DNA of 39,643 nt from Gemmatimonadota bacterium (GTDB taxonomy: Bacteria > Blakebacterota > Blakebacteria > Blakebacterales > Blakebacteraceae). Both the position numbers and the translations under genes were made by a program. Numbering within the stretch: the stretch's first letter is position 1; each line of letters begins with the position of its first letter. The notes below the pieces were generated by a model. It saw nothing but the letters and a program-made list of their open reading frames with translations. It was not told the origin of the DNA and did no database searches. Of the stretch, positions 16,174 through 24,472 are shown piece by piece. The stretch is taken from positions 1-39,643 of the forward strand of contig DAOVKT010000002.1 in the NCBI GenBank assembly GCA_030631625.1. Reading direction: 5' to 3'.

Positions 16174-18830
16174 CTGGTGTTGCTACTGTCCTGCGAATCG
16201 TGCCTGCGCTTAATTCTCTCCGCATATTCCGGGTAGTGTTTTTGCATACAGTCGGGGCATAGCCCGTGGCTGAAAACTGCTTCGGAATGATCTCTTATAT
16301 AGTGCTCTATCTGGCTCCAGTAGCCTTTGTCGTCCCGGACTTTCTTGCAGTGACTGCAGATAGGCAGCATTCCACTCAGGACTCTGACTTCCGCCAGGGC
16401 TTTCTTGACTTTTTCCTGAAGAAAAAGTTCCCTCCGGCGCAGGCTGTGGATGCGCCGCCTGTAAATCATATAGGTCAAGGCCAGCAGTGTCAGGATCGAG
16501 GTCAGCAGGAACCATATTGTCTCGTAGAATGCATGCCGCAACCTGAAGTCGACGAAAGCTCCAGTCTCATTCCACACTTTGTCGCTGTTGGCGGCTATCA
16601 CCCTGAACCGGTAATCACCGGGAGGTACTCTGGTATACTGCGCTATCCGGTTCCCTCCGGCTTCAACCCAATCGGTTTCGAAACCCTCCAGCATGTAGCG
16701 ATAGCGGGCCTTTTCGGACGAAATGAAGCTCAGGGCTGTATAGTGAAACTCCAGCCGCTTCCTGCGGGGCGGCAAAACCGGTACGGAAGAGAGACTGATC
16801 TCTTCGTTGTCGACGATGAAGCTCTCCACGACCACCGGGGGTGGCGTAATATTGATGGGCATATTGATGGGATCGACCACCGCAATTCCCCTCAGTGTCG
16901 GGAACCATAATGTTGAATCGCCGGGCAGTTCCAGTCCGGCCGGATGACCGCCGTTGCATTCGCGGCTCTTCATACCGTCCGACTCGCGGAAGGCCATACA
17001 CTCGATTCTGGTTCGCCTTCCCGCCGTGAAGTCATCGAGGTCCTGTATTGCTACGGCGAAAATACCCAGATTACAGCTCATCCAGAGGCTGCCGGCGTCA
17101 TCCTCCAGGATCTGGTATATCGAGTCACTGACAAGACCGTCACGGCTGGTATAGGAGTTAAATCCTCCATCTTTATACCGGTTTAACCCGCCGCCGTAGG
17201 TTCCAATCCAAAGCGTCCCGTTGTTCGACTCATGTAATGTCCTGATGAAATTGTGCGAAAGACCGTCTGATGTGGTATAGGTTGTGAATCGGCCGTCCTG
17301 CAGAACACTCAGCCCGCTGTATGTTCCGATCCACAGGTCTCCATCTCGGTCCTGATAGATGGTCCGCACGGCCGAATTGGTAGGAAATCCGAGGTCTTCC
17401 CCGAAAGGTACGAGTATTCCATCCTGCAGACGGTAGAGGCCGTCTCCATCGGTACCTACCCAGATGGTACCCTCCCGGTCCTCACTTACCACTCTTACAG
17501 GGGAATCGGGCAATCCCTCCTCGGTTGAAAAAGTGGTCAGCTGCCCTCCCGCGTACCTGTAGAGACTCTCATCGGTGCCTATCCAGAGGCTTCCGCTGCG
17601 GTCTTCCAAGAGTGTCCTGATCTGTATGGTCCCGAGGAGGGAACCGGACAAGACCTGATGAAACCTGCCATTTTCATATCGGTCGATATCTCCAGAATAT
17701 GATCCTGCCCACATCCCTCCATCTCTGGCCGGTGCAATTGTGTATATGAGGTTGTTCGAAAGACCGTGGGATGTGGTGAATGTGCTGACTTTTCCCTCAC
17801 TCAACTGGTTAAGACCCCCTCCGTGTGTTCCTATCCACAGCGAACCATCCCGGTCTACGAGCAGTGAGACCACATTGTCGCTGGGGAGACCGTGCTGGGA
17901 AGTGAAGCTGCTGAAACGCCCGTCCCGAAACCGGCTGAGTCCGCCGATCGTTCCGATCCAGACATTTCCCTCTCTATCCACGTGAAGGGACTGAATTGAG
18001 TTGTTGCACAGGCCGTCGGCAGTGGTATAGGTCTCTATTCGATTCTTGTAGACGCGGTTCAATCCGGAGTTCGTACCTGCCCAGATAACACCCGCGGGAC
18101 CCTCTGCCAGGGCTGTGACATCGTCCCCCGCCAGGCCGCTCACACCTGCGAAGGAGTCGAGCTCACCCCGCTGCAAAACGGCGAGTCCAGCAGATGTCCC
18201 TGCCCAGACATTGCCCGCCATGTCGACCAGGAGGCTGCGTATCCGGTCGCTGGGCAGTCCCTGTGCTGTCGTATAGGAAAGGAATCGGGCCCCTCCCGCG
18301 AGGTAATCCACGCCGCTGTTATAGGTGCCGATCCAGATACCCCCATGACCGTCTGAAGCCAGGCTGATTACCGTATTGCTCGACAATCCGTCATCGGTTG
18401 TATACGCGACTGCCCCCTTATCCTTGAGACGGATAATGCCTCCACCATAGGTCCCGGCCCACAATTGGCCTTCATCGCCTTCCACGAGTGCAGAAATATC
18501 ATTGTTTGTAAAACCCGGGGTGTTGGAACGGTTGAATACGTTGAAACGGATGCCGTCGAAGCGCACCATTCCCTCCTGGGTCCCGAGCCACAAATAGCCT
18601 TTCTGGCACTGAACGATCGCCTGGACCGAGTTCTGTGGAAGGCCTTCCTGCCAGTTGGCGTGACTGTACTGGTCGAGTTCCTTCCGCGGATCGAGATTAA
18701 GTGGAAACTCGATATCCATTTGGCCTGCGGTTCCCTCTCCCTCAGCCAGAGGAGAGAATCGCTCTTCTGGAGATGAAGAGCAGGCAGCCGATGTGATTAT
18801 CAGAAATGCTGCAGCCAAAAGCCGGAACAT
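16170..18830 (-). CDS. envelope sensor: 14 Reg_prop repeats (two beta-propellers) + Y_Y_Y domain + 1 TM + C-terminal CxxC...CxxC module; no recognisable output domain
   Basis: GGAGG SD before ATG 18830. Signal/lipobox-like 'MFRLLAAAFLIITSAAC'. 14 copies of [LIVM]W[IAVLM]G[TS]-type blades. 'ARYRYMLEGFETDW...GDYRFRV'. TM helix 'IWFLLTSILTLLALTYMIY'. Tail 'LPICSHCKKVRDDKGYWSQIEHYIRDHSEAVFSHGLCPDCMQKHYPEY'. Confidence 0.8.
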   Translation of the reverse strand: MFRLLAAAFLIITSAACSSSPEERFSPLAEGEGTAGQMDIEFPLNLDPRKELDQYSHANWQEGLPQNSVQAIVQCQKGYLWLGTQEGMVRFDGIRFNVFNRSNTPGFTNNDISALVEGDEGQLWAGTYGGGIIRLKDKGAVAYTTDDGLSSNTVISLASDGHGGIWIGTYNSGVDYLAGGARFLSYTTAQGLPSDRIRSLLVDMAGNVWAGTSAGLAVLQRGELDSFAGVSGLAGDDVTALAEGPAGVIWAGTNSGLNRVYKNRIETYTTADGLCNNSIQSLHVDREGNVWIGTIGGLSRFRDGRFSSFTSQHGLPSDNVVSLLVDRDGSLWIGTHGGGLNQLSEGKVSTFTTSHGLSNNLIYTIAPARDGGMWAGSYSGDIDRYENGRFHQVLSGSLLGTIQIRTLLEDRSGSLWIGTDESLYRYAGGQLTTFSTEEGLPDSPVRVVSEDREGTIWVGTDGDGLYRLQDGILVPFGEDLGFPTNSAVRTIYQDRDGDLWIGTYSGLSVLQDGRFTTYTTSDGLSHNFIRTLHESNNGTLWIGTYGGGLNRYKDGGFNSYTSRDGLVSDSIYQILEDDAGSLWMSCNLGIFAVAIQDLDDFTAGRRTRIECMAFRESDGMKSRECNGGHPAGLELPGDSTLWFPTLRGIAVVDPINMPINITPPPVVVESFIVDNEEISLSSVPVLPPRRKRLEFHYTALSFISSEKARYRYMLEGFETDWVEAGGNRIAQYTRVPPGDYRFRVIAANSDKVWNETGAFVDFRLRHAFYETIWFLLTSILTLLALTYMIYRRRIHSLRRRELFLQEKVKKALAEVRVLSGMLPICSHCKKVRDDKGYWSQIEHYIRDHSEAVFSHGLCPDCMQKHYPEYAERIKRRHDSQDSSNTS

Positions 18831-18899
18831 GCTACCTCCTTCCAAATACATTGTCCCATTCCTATTATGTTCTCATACTTACCTCCACCCGGATGGTAG

Positions 18900-20147
18900 A
18901 TGCAAGGTCGGTCGGTTGAGCGGATGAGTGAAAACAGAAAGTCGATAAGGTACAGGAAGGGTCTAGGGCTCAGGGAAGAGGTTGAGCCCCAGCTCCAGGC
19001 CCACTACAAGAGCGCGCTCGTGGATTACATCCGCGCCAGCGGAAACCGGCTCGTGATCGGGGATCTGTCGGTTCATCTGGCAAAGGAGTTCGGTTTCTGC
19101 TACGGAGTCGACCGGGCCGTAGAGTACGCATATGAGACGCGCAGAAGGTTCCCTGAAAGGCGTGTCTGGCTGATCGGAGAGATCATCCACAATCCTCACG
19201 TAAACGAGAGGATGCTCGAGATGGGCATCCAGTTCCTCTTCGGCAGATATGCGGACGGAGGCGGCTACGACGCGGTTTCCAGAGATGACGTGGTGATCCT
19301 GCCCGCATTCGGCCTTCCGATAGAGGATATGGAGCGCCTGCGCAAGATTGGCTGCGACCTGGTGGATACGACCTGTGGATCGGTAATAGTGGTCTGGAAG
19401 AATGTGGAGCGGTATGCCCGTGATGATTTCACGAGCATTATCCATGGGAAGTTCTATCACGAGGAGACCATGGCGACGGCCAGCCGCGCCACCGAGAACG
19501 GGGGCCACTACCTAATTCTTCGTGATATGAAGGAGACGCAGCTGGTCTGCGACTACATCCGTGGCAGGGGGATAGAGAGGGAGAGCTTCATTGAGCGTTT
19601 CGAGATGGCGATCTCCCCCGGATTCGACCCGGATGTCCATCTGGAGCGGCTGGGGCTGGCCAATCAGACCACTATGCTGATGAGTGAATCACTGCAGGTG
19701 GCCGAGGCGCTGCGCCGTGCCATGGTGGACCGCTACGGTGAAGAGGTTACACGCGAGTCCTTCCGCAACTTTGAGACTATCTGCAGCGCCACACAGGAGA
19801 GGCAGGACGCAATCCTGGAACTGCTCGAGCAGTCGCTCGATATCATGCTCGTTATCGGTGGATACAACTCCAGTAATACCAACAATCTCGCCAACATAGC
19901 AGGCCGGAAGATGACTACCTACCACGTGAACAGCTCCAGGGGGATTCTGCCGGGTAACGTGATTCACCACAAGCCGGTAGGCGCAAAAGAACCTGTCAGC
20001 GAAACGGGGTGGTTGAGACCGGGACGGTTGAGGTTGGGGATTACAGCCGGAGCCTCTACACCCAACAACGAGATCGGGGCCGTAATTATGCGGATTCTGG
20101 AGACCCTCGATCTGCAGCCTCCCAAGGAGGCTGTTGCCGGGCAGTAG
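18900..20147 (+). CDS. ispH: 4-hydroxy-3-methylbut-2-enyl diphosphate reductase, long cyanobacterial/plant-type form
   Basis: Three Fe-S Cys contexts: 'EFGFCYGVDRAV', 'VDTTCGSV', 'FETICSATQERQ'. 'IIHGKFYHEET', 'VIGGYNSSNTNNL', 'ITAGASTPN'. The start may be ATG 18924 rather than 18900. Confidence 0.9.
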   Translation: MQGRSVERMSENRKSIRYRKGLGLREEVEPQLQAHYKSALVDYIRASGNRLVIGDLSVHLAKEFGFCYGVDRAVEYAYETRRRFPERRVWLIGEIIHNPHVNERMLEMGIQFLFGRYADGGGYDAVSRDDVVILPAFGLPIEDMERLRKIGCDLVDTTCGSVIVVWKNVERYARDDFTSIIHGKFYHEETMATASRATENGGHYLILRDMKETQLVCDYIRGRGIERESFIERFEMAISPGFDPDVHLERLGLANQTTMLMSESLQVAEALRRAMVDRYGEEVTRESFRNFETICSATQERQDAILELLEQSLDIMLVIGGYNSSNTNNLANIAGRKMTTYHVNSSRGILPGNVIHHKPVGAKEPVSETGWLRPGRLRLGITAGASTPNNEIGAVIMRILETLDLQPPKEAVAGQ

Positions 20148-20151
20148 AGGA

Positions 20152-20460
20152 TTACCGTAACAGGGGCGGGCTCTCTTTGCCCAGCCGGGTGGGCCACCGT
20201 ACGAAGAAGGAACCGAACAGTTTCTCGAGACGGGTGGTGTCAACCGGGGTATCCACGCCCTTTTCATAAGAATCCACAGCTTCCCACAGTTCGTCCAGAT
20301 CCTGCTGGAAGGCCGTACGCTCGTCGGCCGGTATCTGCAGCGCCTTGCCTTGTAACCAGGTCGCCCGTTCGTACCATTTAACGGCCTCGCCAGTCAGCCT
20401 GTCCCGCCGGGTAGCTGTATGCATCTTAAACGGGTTTTTTTCAGATTGCTTCCTGGTCAT
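20152..20460 (-). CDS. hypothetical protein (orphan, 102 aa)
   Basis: This is the only ORF in the 390-bp gap with balanced, protein-like composition. I see no SD and recognise no motif. Confidence 0.35.
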   Translation of the reverse strand: MTRKQSEKNPFKMHTATRRDRLTGEAVKWYERATWLQGKALQIPADERTAFQQDLDELWEAVDSYEKGVDTPVDTTRLEKLFGSFFVRWPTRLGKESPPLLR

Positions 20461-20539
20461 ACCACAAAGCTAGTTACAGTAGTCCCTTCATTCAAGGATT
20501 ACAGACGACGCGAACCCAACCAAAGAGCGAGACGATATT

Positions 20540-20959
20540 ATGGGCTCTCACTATCGAAACTGGATGGTCGATCTCGGCGCCGAGTTCGGACCTGAGGATA
20601 TCACGGGCAGGGTTGCGGAGCTGGTTGCTGACTCGGGGATAAGGACAGGCTCTGTCACTGTCGGGTTAGCCGGCTCGACCGGCGCCGTCACTACGATCGA
20701 GTACGAGCCGGGCGCGCTGCAGGACCTGCGCAGGGCTGTTGATGGGGTCGCGCCCGCCAACGATGACTACGCACATAACGCCAGGTGGGGTGACGGCAAC
20801 GGTTTCTCCCACGTCCGTTCGGCACTTCTCAAGACAAGCCTTTCTATCCCGGTTATCGAAGGTAGGCTCTATCTGGGTACATGGCAGCAGGTCGTGGTAA
20901 TCAACTTCGACAACCGCCCCCGCAAGCGTGAGGTCGGTGCCGTCGTAGTCGGAGACTGA
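20540..20959 (+). CDS. yjbQ: YjbQ/UPF0047 family protein (secondary thiamine-phosphate synthase-like)
   Basis: 'TTIEYEPGALQDL', 'YAHNARWGDGNGFSHVRSALL', 'IPVIEGRLYLGTWQQVVVINFD'. Confidence 0.8.
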   Translation: MGSHYRNWMVDLGAEFGPEDITGRVAELVADSGIRTGSVTVGLAGSTGAVTTIEYEPGALQDLRRAVDGVAPANDDYAHNARWGDGNGFSHVRSALLKTSLSIPVIEGRLYLGTWQQVVVINFDNRPRKREVGAVVVGD

Positions 20960-20972
20960 GCACCGGAAATTA

Positions 20973-20999
20973 TTTAACCTTTCCCCGGATCGGTTCGTT
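20973..20999 (+). promoter_or_regulatory. candidate ECF-type promoter (AAC-N17-CGTT) upstream of the sigma factor gene
   Basis: tttAACc at 20973..20979 and CGTT at 20996..20999, about 16 nt before ATG 21016. The match to the generic ECF AAC/CGT pattern is weak. Confidence 0.2.
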
Positions 21000-21015
21000 G
21001 TAGAGGTGGAGGGGG

Positions 21016-21573
21016 ATGAGCCGGATAGGAAACGACACAAGTGACGAGAGCCTTCTGGTAGCTTTCCGGGAGGGTCGCGAAGAGGCCTTCACGCAGCTCT
21101 TCAGAAGGTACAGCAAGCGCATATTCGGATACGTTCTCGGTATAGTGAGCGACTCCGATATCGCCGATGACGTCACACAGAAAGTGTTCGTCAAGCTGGC
21201 CCGTCGTCCTGAGGCGTATTCGCCCATGGCTTCGTTTTCGAGCTGGCTGCACCGGGTCGCCCGGAACGCGGCGCTCGATGCCCTGAAGAGCTGCAGCAGA
21301 CAGGTGGCACTGGAGGAACTGGGTCACGAAAGCGGGACCTCGATCCCGGATCCGTTCAATACGATCCAGCCGCTTCTCTTCACGGCGATCCAGAAGCTGG
21401 AGGGTGCTCAGCGGGAGGCACTGGTACTGAGAGAGTACAGTGAGCTCAGTTACAGGGAGATCGCGGAAATCACCGGACGTACTCTCGCCACCGTCAAGCA
21501 GGACATCTTCCAGGCCCGCCAGTTCCTGAGGAAGGAGCTGGCGCCGTACCTGGAAAGGACAGAAATAGGATGA
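21016..21573 (+). CDS. RNA polymerase sigma-70 family, ECF subfamily
   Basis: 185 aa. Region 2 'LFRRYSKRIFGYVLGIVSDSDIADDVTQKVFVKL...WLHRVARNAALD'. Region 4 'REALVLREYSELSYREIAEITGRTLATVKQDIFQARQFL'. GGAGGGGG SD. Confidence 0.9.
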   Translation: MSRIGNDTSDESLLVAFREGREEAFTQLFRRYSKRIFGYVLGIVSDSDIADDVTQKVFVKLARRPEAYSPMASFSSWLHRVARNAALDALKSCSRQVALEELGHESGTSIPDPFNTIQPLLFTAIQKLEGAQREALVLREYSELSYREIAEITGRTLATVKQDIFQARQFLRKELAPYLERTEIG

Positions 21574-22361
21574 GCCACGACCACTGGGAAGAACTTAGCA
21601 GCCGCTACCGCGACGGAGATCTGGATCCCCACGAGCGATCTCGGTTCGAGGAACACCTCGAGGAATGCGAGGCGTGCCGCAGGGCCGCTGAGATAGACGC
21701 TCTTGCCGGTAAGGGCCTCCACGCCCTGATCGACCACGAGTACCCGGATGATCTCGAATCCCGCACCATGGCCCGCATACGCACTGCGGATTCCCCGTCC
21801 ACGGCCGGATCGGAAAGCTGGGCCTCGAGGGTGCGGATATGGTTCCGCCATGGCGAGTTCACGATCCCCGTTCCGGTCGCCATGGCTGCCGCGGTTCTGC
21901 TGCTGGTATTTGGAGCCCTCATTCTCAAGGTGATGGCACCAGGCGGTGCCCGTAGCGGCGGGCAGGCCCTTCTTGTCGAATCTGCCGGAGGCGAGCCTGA
22001 ATGGATAGCGGTAGACGCGGCCGAAGCGGAGGTGCGCTCGCTGCTCAGGCGGACGCGGACCCTGCTGCTTGCTCTCACCACGGCCGGGCCTGATGAGGAA
22101 GGGCGATATCATCTCGAAGCGGAAGAGTCCCTCAGCAGGGACCTGATACAGGAAGTTCGGTGGCTGGAGTCGAGCGATTACCTGGATGACAGGACGGACA
22201 TTCTCGGCCTCATACAGGACCTCGAGGTCATCCTGCTTGACGTTTCGACATGGCAGGGCGAGGCGGACGCGGACCGGCTGGCGCTGCTGCGCGGCGGTAT
22301 CAGCGACCGCTCGCTGATCTACCGGCTCGCCACATACGAACCACTTGTCGGCGGAGACTGA
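21570..22361 (+). CDS. anti-sigma factor, zf-HC2 type, single-pass membrane protein
   Basis: ATGA overlap with the sigma stop. 'FEEHLEECEACRRAAE' (H-x3-C-x2-C). TM helix 'IPVPVAMAAAVLLLVFGALIL'. Extracytoplasmic domain of about 140 aa. Confidence 0.8.
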   Translation: MSHDHWEELSSRYRDGDLDPHERSRFEEHLEECEACRRAAEIDALAGKGLHALIDHEYPDDLESRTMARIRTADSPSTAGSESWASRVRIWFRHGEFTIPVPVAMAAAVLLLVFGALILKVMAPGGARSGGQALLVESAGGEPEWIAVDAAEAEVRSLLRRTRTLLLALTTAGPDEEGRYHLEAEESLSRDLIQEVRWLESSDYLDDRTDILGLIQDLEVILLDVSTWQGEADADRLALLRGGISDRSLIYRLATYEPLVGGD

Positions 22362-22386
22362 GCCGGATCCTGGAAGGAGATATGAC

Positions 22387-24471
22387 ATGAAGGTGTTTTT
22401 GTGGATTGCAGGGGGATTGGCTGTAACGACGCTGGGAGGAGCCGGAAAAGTAATAGCTCCCGGCGGAGGGTCTGATTCTGCAGCGCTGTACCGGTCGCCC
22501 GAAGCGGTGATCAGCATACAGGACCCGCAGGTCGTTAGACCTCCCAGAGAACGCTATCGCGTCGAGTACGAGGAGATGCGCCGGGCGGCCGAACTCGCCC
22601 GGGAGGCCATGCGGGATATCGACATGGAAAGGATCCTGCAGGAGATGGAACTCGCCATGCGGCAGGTCGATCTTGAGAGTCTTCAGGAGAGGCTCCGTGA
22701 CATCGACTTTGAGATTCCCGATATCGAATTCGACTTCCAGGACCTCCAATTCGACATTCCCGATATCGACATATGGCCGGAAATAGATGTGAGGGTTCCG
22801 CGGTCGCTGCGCATGGGCCGGAGCGGCCGCCTGGAGCTGCTCGAGATGACGTACCAGCAGCAGGGGGATCCGGGGCTGGCGTATTTCAACGAGGCAAAGA
22901 CCCTCCTCTTCGATCAAAAGTACCGGGAGGCCCGTGAGAAATTCCTCGAGCTGGTGACTGCCTACGCTAACTCCGCCTATGTTGATGACGCCGAGTTCTG
23001 GGCCAGCTATGCCCTTGAGCAGATGAGGGGACGGTCTGAGGCCGCGTTTAAGGCGTACGAAGAGTTCCTGAGGAAATATGAAGAAAGCCCCTTCGTCGAA
23101 CACGCTCGTGCGAGCATGGTACGGTTGGCCGGCCTCCTCTACAGGCAGGGGATGGAGGAGTACAAGAGGTATATAGAGGAGGCCAGGCAGGATCCGGAGG
23201 ACGAGATCCGGCTGTATGCACTGCAGGCTCTGGTTCGTATGGAGGATGTGGACGCAGTAGCCGCTATCGAGGCCGTGATTGCGGATGGTTCCGCCTCCTC
23301 GCGTCTCAAACGCGAAGCGGTCGACCTCCTCCGGCGCGAAGAAGATCCGCGTGCGATACAGGTTATGGAGAACACGGCACGTGAGCATGCCGATCCGGAT
23401 GTCCGCCGACGCGCAATCAGCGCCCTGGGAAGCAGGCGGGGCAGGGAGACGTTCGATGCGCTTCTCCGTCTCAACGAGAATGAGAGAAGTGTGAATGCGC
23501 GACGCTACATCTGCGATGCCGTCGGTTCCATGCGCCGGACCGAATTCGCTGCCGAGGCGGCTGCATTCCTGGCGAGCGTTGTGGAGACCGATCCTGAGGA
23601 AGACGTGCGCGAGCAGGCGCTTTCCGAGCTGGTAGGGTTCGAGAGTGCGGTCTCGATGACCCACCTCAAGAGCCTGTTGGACAAGACGACAAATCCCGCT
23701 ACTCGGCGTCTTGTGCTTTCTGCGATATCGCGCAGCGAGGATCCCGGACGGGTGGATATCCTTGTCCGCGAGATCCGCACAGGGGCGGATGAACGGCTGC
23801 GGCAGAATGCCGTCGAGTACCTCGGACGCGTTTCGGGCCCTGAGTCGCTCGACGCCCTAATATCGATCGCCGGCTCCGACCTGCCGGAAGCGGTTCGGGC
23901 GAAAGCAGTGGACGAGATAGGTGACTTCGAGGGAAGCAAAGCTACGGCGGCGCTGGTCGAAATCGCAGGCAGCAACGCCCCCGATGCGGTCAGGATCGAA
24001 GCCATCGACGAACTGGGTAACAGGCGCGTTCCAGAAGCGTTTTCCGCGCTGAGAGATATTGCAACCGGGCAGAGCGAACGCACCCTGAGGGAAAGAGCAC
24101 TGTCGGAGCTGCGCCAGTGGGGCAGAGATGCCGCCCCGGTGCTGGAGCAGATAGCCCTGAATGACACAGAGAGCAGAATCCGTCGTAGGGCGGTCTCCGC
24201 CCTGGGCAGGCTGGAGAACGGGGCTGGATGGGATGCGCTTGTGAAGGTGTACCAGAGTGATGCCGAGAGCAGGATCCGCATCGATGCGCTCGACTACCTG
24301 TGGCGTATCAACGAGGAGCGGAGCATCGATACTGTTATCGGTGCGGCAAAGTCGGACCGCGACTCCGATCTCCGCCGGCACGCAGTGCAGCTGCTGGGAA
24401 GGAGCGAAAGCGCCAAGGCGAAGCAGGCGTTGCGAGAGATACTGAATATCCCCCCCGCAGAGGTCTTTTAA
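22387..24471 (+). CDS. membrane-anchored/exported TPR + HEAT-repeat protein
   Basis: GGAAGGAGA SD before ATG 22387. N-terminal hydrophobic 'MKVFLWIAGGLAVTTLGGAG'. Acidic repeat 'DIDFEIPDIEFDFQDLQFDIPDIDIWPEIDV'. YbgF/BamD-like TPR 'FNEAKTLLFDQKYREAREKFLELV'. About 10 PBS-lyase-type HEAT repeats ('DPDVRRRAISALG', 'ESRIRRRAVSALG', ...). Confidence 0.75.
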   Translation: MKVFLWIAGGLAVTTLGGAGKVIAPGGGSDSAALYRSPEAVISIQDPQVVRPPRERYRVEYEEMRRAAELAREAMRDIDMERILQEMELAMRQVDLESLQERLRDIDFEIPDIEFDFQDLQFDIPDIDIWPEIDVRVPRSLRMGRSGRLELLEMTYQQQGDPGLAYFNEAKTLLFDQKYREAREKFLELVTAYANSAYVDDAEFWASYALEQMRGRSEAAFKAYEEFLRKYEESPFVEHARASMVRLAGLLYRQGMEEYKRYIEEARQDPEDEIRLYALQALVRMEDVDAVAAIEAVIADGSASSRLKREAVDLLRREEDPRAIQVMENTAREHADPDVRRRAISALGSRRGRETFDALLRLNENERSVNARRYICDAVGSMRRTEFAAEAAAFLASVVETDPEEDVREQALSELVGFESAVSMTHLKSLLDKTTNPATRRLVLSAISRSEDPGRVDILVREIRTGADERLRQNAVEYLGRVSGPESLDALISIAGSDLPEAVRAKAVDEIGDFEGSKATAALVEIAGSNAPDAVRIEAIDELGNRRVPEAFSALRDIATGQSERTLRERALSELRQWGRDAAPVLEQIALNDTESRIRRRAVSALGRLENGAGWDALVKVYQSDAESRIRIDALDYLWRINEERSIDTVIGAAKSDRDSDLRRHAVQLLGRSESAKAKQALREILNIPPAEVF

Positions 24472-24472
24472 G

